Origin: an uncultured Alphaproteobacteria bacterium
GTDB lineage: Bacteria > Pseudomonadota > Alphaproteobacteria > Rs-D84
Length of the DNA stretch: 64,000 nt
Assembly: GCA_905236005.1 (NCBI GenBank)
Contig: CAJONJ010000019.1
Coordinates: forward strand, 5,999-69,998
Reading direction: 5' to 3'
Positions 1 to 8,619 of this stretch are shown here, piece by piece. The notes beneath the pieces were generated by a model. That model saw only the letters and a list, made by a program, of their open reading frames with translations, had not been told where the DNA came from and made no database searches. Position numbers and translations under genes: made by a program. Numbering within the stretch: the stretch's first letter is position 1; every line of letters begins with the position of its first letter.

Positions 1-482
1 TTTTTAGGATTCCAAATATCTTGGTCTGTGATTGCAACGTTATAATCACCACCAATTATCACAGGTTCTTCTGAATCTAAATATTTTGATATATATTGTG
101 TAAAATTATGCATCCAATCCAGTTTATAAGGAAACTTTGGTGATTCTATGCAATCTCCATTTGGCATATATACGTTTATCAATCTGATACGACCATCAAT
201 TACACATTCCAAAAAACGTGCATTTATATCTGGATAATTTGGTATGCCAGTAATTGTGTCTTCTATGGAATATTTAGAAAAAGTTGCGACACCGTTCCAT
301 GATTTTTGACCAAAAACTTTGATGTTATATCCAAATTCATCCAGTAAATTATGTGGAAAATTAGCGTTTTCAACTTTTAATTCTTGACATAAAACAGTGT
401 CATAATCGCTGTTTTTTAAAATGTCCATAAAACTTTCAATATGGGCCCGAATAGAATTGATATTTAATGTCAGTATTTTCAT
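1..482 (-). CDS. xthA: Exodeoxyribonuclease III (EEP family), partial; C-terminus lies beyond the window edge
   Basis: Absent from the ORF track because no stop lies in the window. Own translation from ATG at 482: MKILTLNINSIRAHIESFMDILKNSDYDTVLCQELKVEN...VIIGGDYNVAITDQDIWNPK, a typical ExoIII N-terminal half. Confidence 0.8.
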   Translation of the reverse strand, partial: MKILTLNINSIRAHIESFMDILKNSDYDTVLCQELKVENANFPHNLLDEFGYNIKVFGQKSWNGVATFSKYSIEDTITGIPNYPDINARFLECVIDGRIRLINVYMPNGDCIESPKFPYKLDWMHNFTQYISKYLDSEEPVIIGGDYNVAITDQDIWNPK

Positions 483-484
483 AT

Positions 485-513
485 TTGCAATCTTTGTTTT
501 GTAATACTATAAT
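485..513 (+). promoter_or_regulatory. Sigma70-type promoter for the AMP-ligase triplet
   Basis: TTGCAA (485-490), 17-nt spacer, TATAAT (508-513). AAGGA RBS lies 10 nt before the ATG at 553. Confidence 0.5.
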
Positions 514-552
514 ATACCTTGTCCAATATAAAAACAACAAGGATTTTATGTT

Positions 553-2133
553 ATGAATATGTATCAATTTTTGGAGCAGGTGGTTCAAGAATCCCCAAAT
601 GCTTTATTTTTGATACGCGAAAAAATAACTTTCAAAGATGCCTTGTCCTTGATTCATGCAAGGGCGACAACTTTACACAAAGCAGGTGTCAAAGCCGGTG
701 ATGTTGTCGGGATTTTATCTCATAATATTGCACAGTTTCCTTTGACCCTTTTCGCTATCTGGTATTTGGGTGCGACGGTTTTATTACTGGACACAAATTT
801 AACACAGTTTGAATATGATAATATGACAAAAACTGTTGGGTGCAAATTAGTGTGTGCCGAAAAATCGTTTTTTTATGATGCTAAAAAATTTCAATTCTTG
901 GATATTGAGGCATCAGATACGGCGGTTGATGCAAGATTAAAACCGGTAAAATTAACGGAAAATGATATTGCGACATTGTCGTTCACATCTGGTTCTACCG
1001 GTCGTCCAAAAGTTGTTCCTTTGACACATGGAAACCTGAAAATGTCTTCTGATTATTATGAAGATATGGGGCAATGGATACATAAAAATGAAATTATGTA
1101 TGGTTTTTTGCCTTTGTATCATATTTTTGGTTTTGCTGCTGGTATTTTGGCACCGTTGCATTTCCAAATGGGGATTTTGTTGCAACCAACTGTTAATCCT
1201 AAGAATATATTGGAAGATTTTAAAGTATACAAACCACATGTTATTCCTGCTGTGCCACGAGTATGGGAGGTTTTCCGTAACAAAATTATTGATGGTATCA
1301 AAGCAAAGAAAAAATGGTGGTTGGTGTCTTTTGTGTTAAAATACCAAAAATTTCTGAAAAAAATTGGTTTTGGCTGGTTGGTCAGAAAAATCCAAAAACC
1401 TTTGTTGGAAGTCTTTGGGGGTCGTGCAAATTTGTTGATTGCTGGTGGTGCTGCAACTAAACCAGAAGTTGAAAAATTTTACGAATCTCTGGGGCTGACT
1501 TTTGTGCAGGGATATGGTATGACGGAAACGGTTGGACCGTTTTGTTGTTCAAGACCTGTAAAACATCGTGTTCCGTTCGCATTTGGGGTTCCAATTGGTT
1601 GTTCTGAATGTACTATTCGTGATGCAGATGAAACTGGTATTGGAACATTATGGGTGCGTGGTCCAAATGTTTTCAAAGGTTATTTAAACAACAAATCTGC
1701 TAATGCTGAATCTTTTGACAAAGATGGTTGGTTTAATACTGGTGATTTGGTATATTTGGATAAAAATAAACAATATCATTTTGCTGGACGTAAAAAACAA
1801 GTGATTGTTTTGGATTCTGGTAAAAATGTTTATCCAGATGAATTAGAAGCATTGTTTATGGAAATAGACGGTGTGAAAAATGTCGCTGTGTTTGAACACA
1901 AAGTCAAAGATAAAACCGTAACTTATGCTGTGTTATCTGTTGAACCAGAAATGACTATGGAAAAATTATCTGGTGCAATAGCAGAAGCAAATAAGAAAGT
2001 TGCATCATATAAATGGGTGACCCATTTTGCGATGACATGTGATGATTTGCCTATGACCAGCACACAAAAGGTTAAACATCATTTGGTGCGTCAGAATCTG
2101 ATTGATGGTAAATATTCAATCAGGCATGAATAA
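553..2133 (+). CDS. AMP-dependent synthetase/ligase (acyl-CoA/acyl-ACP synthetase-like), paralog 1
   Basis: 526 aa. Adenylate-forming motifs TSGSTGRPKVV, YGMTET, TGDL, GRKKQVIVLDSGKNVYPDELE, TSTQKVKH. AAGGA RBS. Confidence 0.85.
   Translation: MNMYQFLEQVVQESPNALFLIREKITFKDALSLIHARATTLHKAGVKAGDVVGILSHNIAQFPLTLFAIWYLGATVLLLDTNLTQFEYDNMTKTVGCKLVCAEKSFFYDAKKFQFLDIEASDTAVDARLKPVKLTENDIATLSFTSGSTGRPKVVPLTHGNLKMSSDYYEDMGQWIHKNEIMYGFLPLYHIFGFAAGILAPLHFQMGILLQPTVNPKNILEDFKVYKPHVIPAVPRVWEVFRNKIIDGIKAKKKWWLVSFVLKYQKFLKKIGFGWLVRKIQKPLLEVFGGRANLLIAGGAATKPEVEKFYESLGLTFVQGYGMTETVGPFCCSRPVKHRVPFAFGVPIGCSECTIRDADETGIGTLWVRGPNVFKGYLNNKSANAESFDKDGWFNTGDLVYLDKNKQYHFAGRKKQVIVLDSGKNVYPDELEALFMEIDGVKNVAVFEHKVKDKTVTYAVLSVEPEMTMEKLSGAIAEANKKVASYKWVTHFAMTCDDLPMTSTQKVKHHLVRQNLIDGKYSIRHE
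1777..1850 (+). repeat. 74-nt tract identical in all three ligase paralogs (copy 1)
   Basis: cattttgctggacgtaaaaaacaagtgattgttttggattctggtaaaaatgtttatccagatgaattagaagc also occurs at 3396-3469 and 5010-5083, identical at synonymous sites. Confidence 0.9.
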
Positions 2134-2171
2134 TTATTCATAATGTAAATAGGTATAATAAGGACATAAAA

Positions 2172-3752
2172 ATGAATATGTATGAATTACTTGAAAAAAA
2201 TATTAAACGTAATCCAGAAACAGTGTTTTTGGTGCGGGAAAATATAACTTTTAAAGAATTGCCAACGTATATAAAGGCTCGTGCAGCATCTTTACAAAAA
2301 GAAGGTGTCAAAGCTGGTGATACAGTTGGATTGTTGTCTCATAATTTGCCACAATTTGTTTATACTTTGTTTGCTATATGGTATCTGGGTGCCAAAGTAT
2401 TGTTGTTAGATACAAATTTAACCGGTGTAGAATATGACAACATGACAGAATTAACCGATTGTAAATTGGTTTGTGCTGAAAAATCTTTCTTTTATAAAAC
2501 AAAGAACTTCAAGTTTTTTGATATTGAATCAAAAGACAAAGATGATGGTGCGTCATTAAAGCCATATGCTTTAAAAGAAAGTGATATTGCTACATTATCT
2601 TTTACATCTGGTTCTACTGGAAAACCAAAGGTTGTTCCATTAACACATTTTAATTTAGTTTCTTGTTCTGATAATTTGGAATATTTGAATCAATGGTTAA
2701 AACCAGGTGAAATGTTCTATGCATTTTTGCCGTTGTATCATGTGTTCGGGTTTGCTGTTGGGTTTTTAGCACCATTACATTTTGGAATGGGAATTTTGTT
2801 ACAATCTACAATTAATCCAAATGCAATTATGGCGGATTTTGCAAAATATAGACCACAGGTTATACCTGCTGTGCCAAAGTTATGGGAAATATTCCGCAAA
2901 AAGATTATTGATGGTATCAAAGCAAAGAAAAAATGGTGGTTAGTATCGTTCATTATGAATAATCAAAAATTATTGCGTAGCATTGGGTTAGGTAAACTGG
3001 TAGACAAAGTTTTAAATCAAATTCGTGCCGTATTTGGTGGTCGTGCAAGATTGTTGGTTGCTGGTGGTGCTGCGACTAAACCAGAAGTTGAAAAATTCTA
3101 TACTCAATTGGGTATGGCGTTTGTTCAGGGATATGGTATGACCGAAACTGTTGGGCCAGTTTGTTGTTCAAGACCATTGAAAAAACGTGTTGCATATGCG
3201 TTTGGTGCACCAATGGGGGATAACGAAATTCAAATCCGTAACCAAGACGAATATGGAATTGGTATGTTATGGATTCGTGGAAAACAAATTTTTGGTGGCT
3301 ACGTGAATAATTGCGATGCCAATAAAGATTGTTTTGATAAAGATGGTTATTTCTGCACAGGTGATTTAGTGTCTATGGATAAAAACGGCGAATTACATTT
3401 TGCTGGACGTAAAAAACAAGTGATTGTTTTGGATTCTGGTAAAAATGTTTATCCAGATGAATTAGAAGCGTTGTTTATGGATATAGACGGTGTGAAAAAT
3501 GTCGCTGTGTTTGAACATGAAATGAATGGTAAAACTGTCGCATACGGTGTGTTTTCTGTTGAAGACGGTATGACACTTGAAAAATTAGCAAAAGAAGTTG
3601 CTGAAAAGAACAAAAAAGTTGCTTCGTATAAATGGGTAACACATTTTGCTATGACAACTGACGATTTGCCTATGACCAGTACACAGAAAATCAAACATCA
3701 TGTTGTTCGTCAATATTTGATTGATGGAAAATACACAATAAGACATGAATAA
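2172..3752 (+). CDS. AMP-dependent synthetase/ligase, paralog 2
   Basis: 526 aa, same motif set (TSGSTGKPKVV, YGMTET, GRKKQVIVLDSGKNVYPDELE). 38-nt spacer from paralog 1. AAGGA RBS. Confidence 0.85.
   Translation: MNMYELLEKNIKRNPETVFLVRENITFKELPTYIKARAASLQKEGVKAGDTVGLLSHNLPQFVYTLFAIWYLGAKVLLLDTNLTGVEYDNMTELTDCKLVCAEKSFFYKTKNFKFFDIESKDKDDGASLKPYALKESDIATLSFTSGSTGKPKVVPLTHFNLVSCSDNLEYLNQWLKPGEMFYAFLPLYHVFGFAVGFLAPLHFGMGILLQSTINPNAIMADFAKYRPQVIPAVPKLWEIFRKKIIDGIKAKKKWWLVSFIMNNQKLLRSIGLGKLVDKVLNQIRAVFGGRARLLVAGGAATKPEVEKFYTQLGMAFVQGYGMTETVGPVCCSRPLKKRVAYAFGAPMGDNEIQIRNQDEYGIGMLWIRGKQIFGGYVNNCDANKDCFDKDGYFCTGDLVSMDKNGELHFAGRKKQVIVLDSGKNVYPDELEALFMDIDGVKNVAVFEHEMNGKTVAYGVFSVEDGMTLEKLAKEVAEKNKKVASYKWVTHFAMTTDDLPMTSTQKIKHHVVRQYLIDGKYTIRHE
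3396..3469 (+). repeat. 74-nt identical tract (copy 2)
   Basis: Same 74-mer at the same codon offset (gene start + 1224) as in paralogs 1 and 3. Confidence 0.9.
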
Positions 3753-3785
3753 AAACTAAAAATGTAAAACGAAGGGTATGCACAA

Positions 3786-5366
3786 ATGAATATGTATCAA
3801 ACATTAGAAAATGCAGCAAATCAATGGCCAGAAAATTTGTTTTTGGTTCGTGAAGGTGTAACTTATTCTCAATTTATAAGTCAGGTACGGGCCAGGGTAG
3901 CTACTTTGCGTGATGCTGGAGTTAAAGCTGGCGATATAGTTGGGGTGTTATCTCACAATTTGCCACAGTTTCCTTTGACGTTATTTGCAATATGGTATTT
4001 AGGTGGTGTTGTATTGATGTTAGATACAAATTTAACACCGTTTGAATACGATAATATGGCACAAATTGCAAAATGCAAATTTGTTTGTGCTGAACCTTCG
4101 TTCTTTTATAAAACAGATAAATTTACGTTCTTTGATATCACACGCAAAGATGGGGATATAGATTACGATTTGCGTGCACACCCATCAGAATCTACAGATA
4201 TTGCATTGATGTCGTTTACATCTGGTTCAACAGGAACACCAAAGGTTGTTCCATTAACACATTTTAATTTGATAGAATGTGCGAATTCTTTGGAAGATAT
4301 GTCTGAATATTATCATTCTGGGGATGTTATGTATGGATTTTTGCCTTTGTATCATATTTTTGGTTTTTCAATTGGTATTTTGGCTACAATTCATTTTGGT
4401 GGTGGTTTGGTGTTACAACCAACGATTAATCCAAAATATATACTGGATGATTTTAAAACATTTAAACCACATGTTATACCAGCTGTGCCACGTATTTGGG
4501 AATTATTCCGTAATAAAATTATAGATAATATGAAAGCACAGAAAAAATGGCGTGTTGCTTCGTTTATTTTGAATAATCAGAAAACTTTGCAGGATATGGG
4601 ATTGTCGTTCTTTGTTCGCAAAGTCCAAGAACCATTACTTGAAATATTTGGTGGTCGTGCCAGATTGCTGATTGCTGGTGGTGCTGCGACCAAGCCAGAA
4701 GTTGAAAATTTCTATGAATCATTAGGATTGGCATTTATTCAGGGTTATGGTTTAACAGAAACAGTTGGACCAATCTGTATTTCTAAACCAACCAGCAAAA
4801 GATTAGCATATTCTGTTGGTGCACCAACATCTAATAATGAATGTGAAATTCGTGACAAAGACGAAAATGGCGTTGGTGTGTTATGGTTGCGTGGACATCA
4901 GGTTTTTGGTGGATATTTAGATAATCCAGATGTTAATGCAGAGGTTTTTGATGACAAAGGATTCTTTAACACTGGTGATATGGTGTATATGGATAAAAAT
5001 GGTGAATTACATTTTGCTGGACGTAAAAAACAAGTGATTGTTTTGGATTCTGGTAAAAATGTTTATCCAGATGAATTAGAAGCATTATATATGAATATAG
5101 ATGGTGTGAAAAATGTCGCTGTGTTTGAACACAAAGTCAAAGATAAAACCGTAACGTATGCTGTATTCCAAGTCACACCAGAAATGACAATGGATAAATT
5201 GTCTCAGGAAGTGGCAGCGGCGAACAAGAAAGTTGCATCATATAAATGGGTAACCCATTTTGCGATGACGTGTGATGATTTGCCTATGACTAGCACACAA
5301 AAGGTTAAACATCATTTAGTGCGTCAGAATTTGATAGATGGTCAATATCCAGATAGAAAAGAATAA
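3786..5366 (+). CDS. AMP-dependent synthetase/ligase, paralog 3
   Basis: 526 aa, same motif set (TSGSTGTPKVV, YGLTET). C-terminal ~110 aa are almost identical to paralog 1. Confidence 0.85.
   Translation: MNMYQTLENAANQWPENLFLVREGVTYSQFISQVRARVATLRDAGVKAGDIVGVLSHNLPQFPLTLFAIWYLGGVVLMLDTNLTPFEYDNMAQIAKCKFVCAEPSFFYKTDKFTFFDITRKDGDIDYDLRAHPSESTDIALMSFTSGSTGTPKVVPLTHFNLIECANSLEDMSEYYHSGDVMYGFLPLYHIFGFSIGILATIHFGGGLVLQPTINPKYILDDFKTFKPHVIPAVPRIWELFRNKIIDNMKAQKKWRVASFILNNQKTLQDMGLSFFVRKVQEPLLEIFGGRARLLIAGGAATKPEVENFYESLGLAFIQGYGLTETVGPICISKPTSKRLAYSVGAPTSNNECEIRDKDENGVGVLWLRGHQVFGGYLDNPDVNAEVFDDKGFFNTGDMVYMDKNGELHFAGRKKQVIVLDSGKNVYPDELEALYMNIDGVKNVAVFEHKVKDKTVTYAVFQVTPEMTMDKLSQEVAAANKKVASYKWVTHFAMTCDDLPMTSTQKVKHHLVRQNLIDGQYPDRKE
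5010..5083 (+). repeat. 74-nt identical tract (copy 3)
   Basis: Same 74-mer. Near-identity to paralog 1 continues downstream (gtgaaaaatgtcgctgtgtttgaacacaaagtcaaagataaaaccgtaac). Confidence 0.9.
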
Positions 5367-5370
5367 ACTA

Positions 5371-5396
5371 AAAATCGCCCGTTTGGGCGATTTTTA
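5371..5396. terminator. Bidirectional intrinsic terminator between ligase paralog 3 and mnmE
   Basis: AAAATCGCCC-GTTT-GGGCGATTTT hairpin with an A-run and T-run on either side. It overlaps the mnmE stop codon. Confidence 0.75.
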
Positions 5397-6689
5397 TTTC
5401 CCTAAACACAATCTTGAAAATGTTGCATCAGCGATTTCGGTGGTTGTTATAATGCCCAGTATTTTGCCAATGGCGTCAGCACCCCTGCGAATATGTTCGG
5501 CAAAGATATCGTAATTATCGCCCGATTTTGTAATTGCGTTATTTAATTCGTTTATTGCATCAAGCAACAATTCGTGTGTTCTTTCGTTTATCGCAATACG
5601 TGATTCTGAATTACCCATCAGATTATTCATTTTTTCAATAATGATTTTCATTAAATCGTTAAAACCATCACCTGTTTTTACAGATGTATAAATAACATTT
5701 TTCAATTTTTTATTTTTTAATAAATCAGATTTATTTATAACTGTGATTTCATTATCGTTTATTTCTGTTGGTGTATCGTTATACACATGAATTATTAAAT
5801 CTGCGTTTTTTATTTCATTATATGTGCGTTCAATTCCAATTTTTTCAATTGTATCGTTTGATTTTCTGATTCCAGCCGTATCAGACAGGTTAACCAGATA
5901 TCCGTCTATTTCCAGTTGTTGTGAAACTACATCACGTGTTGTGCCTGCTATGTCAGAAACAATCGCACGATTTGAACCAACTAATTTATTGAATATAGAC
6001 GATTTACCAACATTTGTTTCACCAACTAAAACTATATTAAATCCATTACGCAAAGCACGATTTCCACGATAACCTTTAAGTGCATCTTGTAATTCATTTA
6101 ACAATATTTTCGTTTTGTCTTTGATTTTAATATCTATGTTTTTAGGCAGGTCATCTTCGCTATAATCCAATATAGCCGCCGCATACGCAGATATTTCAAT
6201 CATTTGATTTCGCCAATCGTTGTATATTTTTGAATCGTGCCCAATAAAAGATTTTAATGCAGATTGACGTTGTTTATCTGTTTTTGCGTCCAACAGGGCA
6301 ATTAAGCCATCTGCATCAGTTAAATCCATTTTGTTGTTATAAAAAGCACGTCTTGAAAATTCACCACGTTCTGCCATACGACATTTGTGGTCACGTAAAA
6401 ATTCAAAAATTTTATTTATAACAGCTGGTGCACCATGTGAATATATTTCAATAACATCTTCGCCAGTGAAAGAGCGGGGGGATTCAAAATAAACAGCAAT
6501 ACATTGGTCAATTAAATCACCACTGTCGTCTTTCAAATTTGTATAGTATGTATATCGTGCATTGTGTTCTGTTTTGTTTATTATGCGTTCAAACAGTGAA
6601 ACCAAATTGGTTCCGCTGATTCTAATAACAGCCACACCGGCTTTGCCATGCCCAGAAGACAGGGCGAAAATATTTTCACAATTATTCAT
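5394..6689 (-). CDS. mnmE: tRNA modification GTPase MnmE (TrmE)
   Basis: 431 aa. G-domain GETNVGKSS and DTAG, plus the hallmark C-terminal CLGK. Confidence 0.93.
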   Translation of the reverse strand: MNNCENIFALSSGHGKAGVAVIRISGTNLVSLFERIINKTEHNARYTYYTNLKDDSGDLIDQCIAVYFESPRSFTGEDVIEIYSHGAPAVINKIFEFLRDHKCRMAERGEFSRRAFYNNKMDLTDADGLIALLDAKTDKQRQSALKSFIGHDSKIYNDWRNQMIEISAYAAAILDYSEDDLPKNIDIKIKDKTKILLNELQDALKGYRGNRALRNGFNIVLVGETNVGKSSIFNKLVGSNRAIVSDIAGTTRDVVSQQLEIDGYLVNLSDTAGIRKSNDTIEKIGIERTYNEIKNADLIIHVYNDTPTEINDNEITVINKSDLLKNKKLKNVIYTSVKTGDGFNDLMKIIIEKMNNLMGNSESRIAINERTHELLLDAINELNNAITKSGDNYDIFAEHIRRGADAIGKILGIITTTEIADATFSRLCLGK

Positions 6690-7258
6690 TATTTATTACC
6701 ACTTATTTCTTTTAATGCCATTGGGACCAATTGAGCGACATCTGCATTTGGGTTGTTTGATACCAATTTTTGTGCCATATCAACAATGTCCATACGGCGA
6801 TAACCCAAAGATTCTAACGCAGACAACAAATCTGGTAAAGCACCAGAATCATTTCCAAAATCAAAACTGCCACCACCCATTTTGTTCTTTAATTCAACTA
6901 TGATTTTTTCAGCGACTTTTTTGCCAACCCCAGGTGCAGTTGTGATTGTTTTTGCGTCCCCAGTTGCAATGGCAGACATCAAGGTTTCTGTTTTTATTGT
7001 TGACATAATTGCCAATGCAACCTTTGGCCCGACACCCGAAACTGTTGTTAATTGGTTAAATAAATTCTGGGCGGCCATAGTTGAAAACCCAAATAAACGG
7101 ATTGAATCTTCACGAACAATCGTTTCTATCCATAATGACACAGTCGCCTTTGGAGTCAGGTATTCCGGTGTATACACCTTGTATCCGACACCACCAGTCA
7201 TTAAAATAACGTATCCGTCGCCTATATAATCAATAATACCTTGCAATTTGCCAATCAT
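6689..7258 (-). CDS. ruvA: Holliday junction DNA helicase subunit RuvA
   Basis: 189 aa. MIGKLQG...VGY.V start and HhH motifs (SGVGPKVALAI, PGVGKKVAEKI). Its stop overlaps the mnmE start (TAATG). Confidence 0.9.
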   Translation of the reverse strand: MIGKLQGIIDYIGDGYVILMTGGVGYKVYTPEYLTPKATVSLWIETIVREDSIRLFGFSTMAAQNLFNQLTTVSGVGPKVALAIMSTIKTETLMSAIATGDAKTITTAPGVGKKVAEKIIVELKNKMGGGSFDFGNDSGALPDLLSALESLGYRRMDIVDMAQKLVSNNPNADVAQLVPMALKEISGNK

Positions 7259-7272
7259 TTGTTATCCTTTTA

Positions 7273-7281
7273 TGGTAATTT
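7273..7281 (+). promoter_or_regulatory. Candidate extended -10 promoter for yebC
   Basis: TTTTATGGTAATTT: TG at 7273-7274, -10 TAATTT at 7276-7281. Shares the TTTTATGGTA motif seen upstream of greA, thrS and ybeY-lnt. Confidence 0.3.
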
Positions 7282-7306
7282 TAATCTAATTTAATAAAAA
7301 GGTCAA
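7278..7306 (-). promoter_or_regulatory. Sigma70-type promoter for ruvA-mnmE
   Basis: Minus strand: TTGACC (7306-7301), 17-nt spacer, TAAAAT (7283-7278), then AAAGGA RBS and the ATG at 7258. Confidence 0.45.
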
Positions 7307-7308
7307 AT

Positions 7309-8025
7309 ATGAGTGGACACAGTAAATGGCACAACATCCAACACAAAAAAGGACTGGTTGATGCAGCACGCAGCGGTTTGTTTACAAAATTGGCTCGTGA
7401 AATAACTATGGCGGCAAAGATGGGCGATAAAAACCCTGACAATAACCCAAGATTGCGTTTGGCAATTTTGCAGGCTCGTAAAAATTCTATGCCAAATGAT
7501 AATATTAAACGTGCAATTGAAAAAGCATCGGGCAGCAATACAGATAATTTTGTTGCAGTTCGTTACGAAGGCTATGGTCCAAATGCAGTTCCTGTGATTG
7601 TAGAAGCTTTGACTGATAATCCACGTAGAACAGTACCAGAAGTTCGCAATATCTTTGCTAAGAACGGTGGTAATATGGGGGAAGAGGGTTCTGTGGTATT
7701 TATGTTTTCTCATGTTGGTCAAATTATGTATCCTGCATCCATTGGCAAAAGCGAAGATGAAATGATGGAATTAGTTATGGAAGTTGATGCTGATAATTTG
7801 GAAACCAGCGAAGAGGGTTTTATTATCACAACAAAACCGGAAAACTTTATGAATATTCAAAAAGCTTTGTCTGATAAATTGGGTGAACCAGAAAATGCTG
7901 AATTGACATGGGTTCCGAATATGCCTGTGGATTTAGATGATGAAGAATATGCAAAATTGGAAAAATTGGTAGATGCACTGGACGACAATGATGATGTTCA
8001 GAAAGTATTTACCGCTGCGGCATAA
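7309..8025 (+). CDS. yebC: YebC/PmpR family DNA-binding transcriptional regulator
   Basis: 238 aa. N-terminus MSGHSKWHNIQHKK is diagnostic of the family. Confidence 0.92.
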   Translation: MSGHSKWHNIQHKKGLVDAARSGLFTKLAREITMAAKMGDKNPDNNPRLRLAILQARKNSMPNDNIKRAIEKASGSNTDNFVAVRYEGYGPNAVPVIVEALTDNPRRTVPEVRNIFAKNGGNMGEEGSVVFMFSHVGQIMYPASIGKSEDEMMELVMEVDADNLETSEEGFIITTKPENFMNIQKALSDKLGEPENAELTWVPNMPVDLDDEEYAKLEKLVDALDDNDDVQKVFTAAA

Positions 8026-8044
8026 TTGTTAAAATTGTTTATAC

Positions 8045-8070
8045 AAAAAACCGGCAATCGCCGGTTTTTT
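8045..8070. terminator. Bidirectional intrinsic terminator (yebC / secB convergent pair)
   Basis: AAAAAA-CCGGC-AATC-GCCGG-TTTTTT. Confidence 0.75.
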
Positions 8071-8087
8071 GTTTTGGGTATATTTTT

Positions 8088-8540
8088 TTATTGATTTGCT
8101 GGTTTTTGATTTGCAGCGGCAGCACCCTGTCTTTGTTCGTATAATGCTGCAAAATCAACTGGTTGCATTGTAAATGCAGGGAATCCAGATTCTGCTGTTA
8201 ATCTTGTTACCAATGCACGAACGGCTGGGAACAATAATGTTGGAACATCTATTAATAATGTTTTCTTTTTTGTTTCTTCATCTTTTTCTTCGTATTGGAC
8301 CATACCTGTATAAGTAGATTCAATTAAAAAGATTGTTTTATCGTCTTTTTCTAATTTAGAGTGAACCTTTGTAATCAAATCAACCATAAACAAATTGTTT
8401 TCAGAACCTTTGATATTGATATCAATATTGATTTCTATTTTTGCCTGGCCGTTGTCTTGTTTGAAAAATAATTCTGGTACATTTGGGCTTTCAAATGATA
8501 TGTCTTTTAAAAATTGAGATATAATATTAAACTTTGGCAT
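8088..8540 (-). CDS. secB: Protein-export chaperone SecB
   Basis: 150 aa. FLKDISFESPNVPELF matches the SecB N-terminal signature (YTKDISFE.PN). AAAGGAG RBS. Confidence 0.85.
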   Translation of the reverse strand: MPKFNIISQFLKDISFESPNVPELFFKQDNGQAKIEINIDINIKGSENNLFMVDLITKVHSKLEKDDKTIFLIESTYTGMVQYEEKDEETKKKTLLIDVPTLLFPAVRALVTRLTAESGFPAFTMQPVDFAALYEQRQGAAAANQKPANQ

Positions 8541-8569
8541 GATTGCTCCTTTTTTTATCCTCGGTTTTA

Positions 8570-8578
8570 TGATAATAT
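8570..8578 (+). promoter_or_regulatory. Candidate extended -10 promoter for mltA
   Basis: TGATAATAT (TG 8570-8571, -10 TAATAT 8573-8578). The complementary strand reads TGCTATATT and could serve secB. Confidence 0.3.
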
Positions 8579-8619
8579 AGCATTAGAAAATCATTTTTAC
8601 AAGTGGGGGAGTAATTAAA

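Noticed and set aside
519-701. 60-aa ORF overlapping the start of ligase paralog 1
   Set aside because: It is out of frame with a motif-rich 526-aa gene and begins inside the predicted 5' UTR. It has no RBS.
952-1339. Track ORFs nested antisense or out of frame inside the ligase genes (952-1239 minus, 1058-1339 plus, 1119-1301 minus, 1479-1676 minus, 2738-2953, 3449-3694, 4279-4524)
   Set aside because: They lie entirely within strongly supported coding regions. They have low-complexity or hydrophobic translations typical of AT-rich off-frame reading, and they lack an RBS and any recognisable motif.
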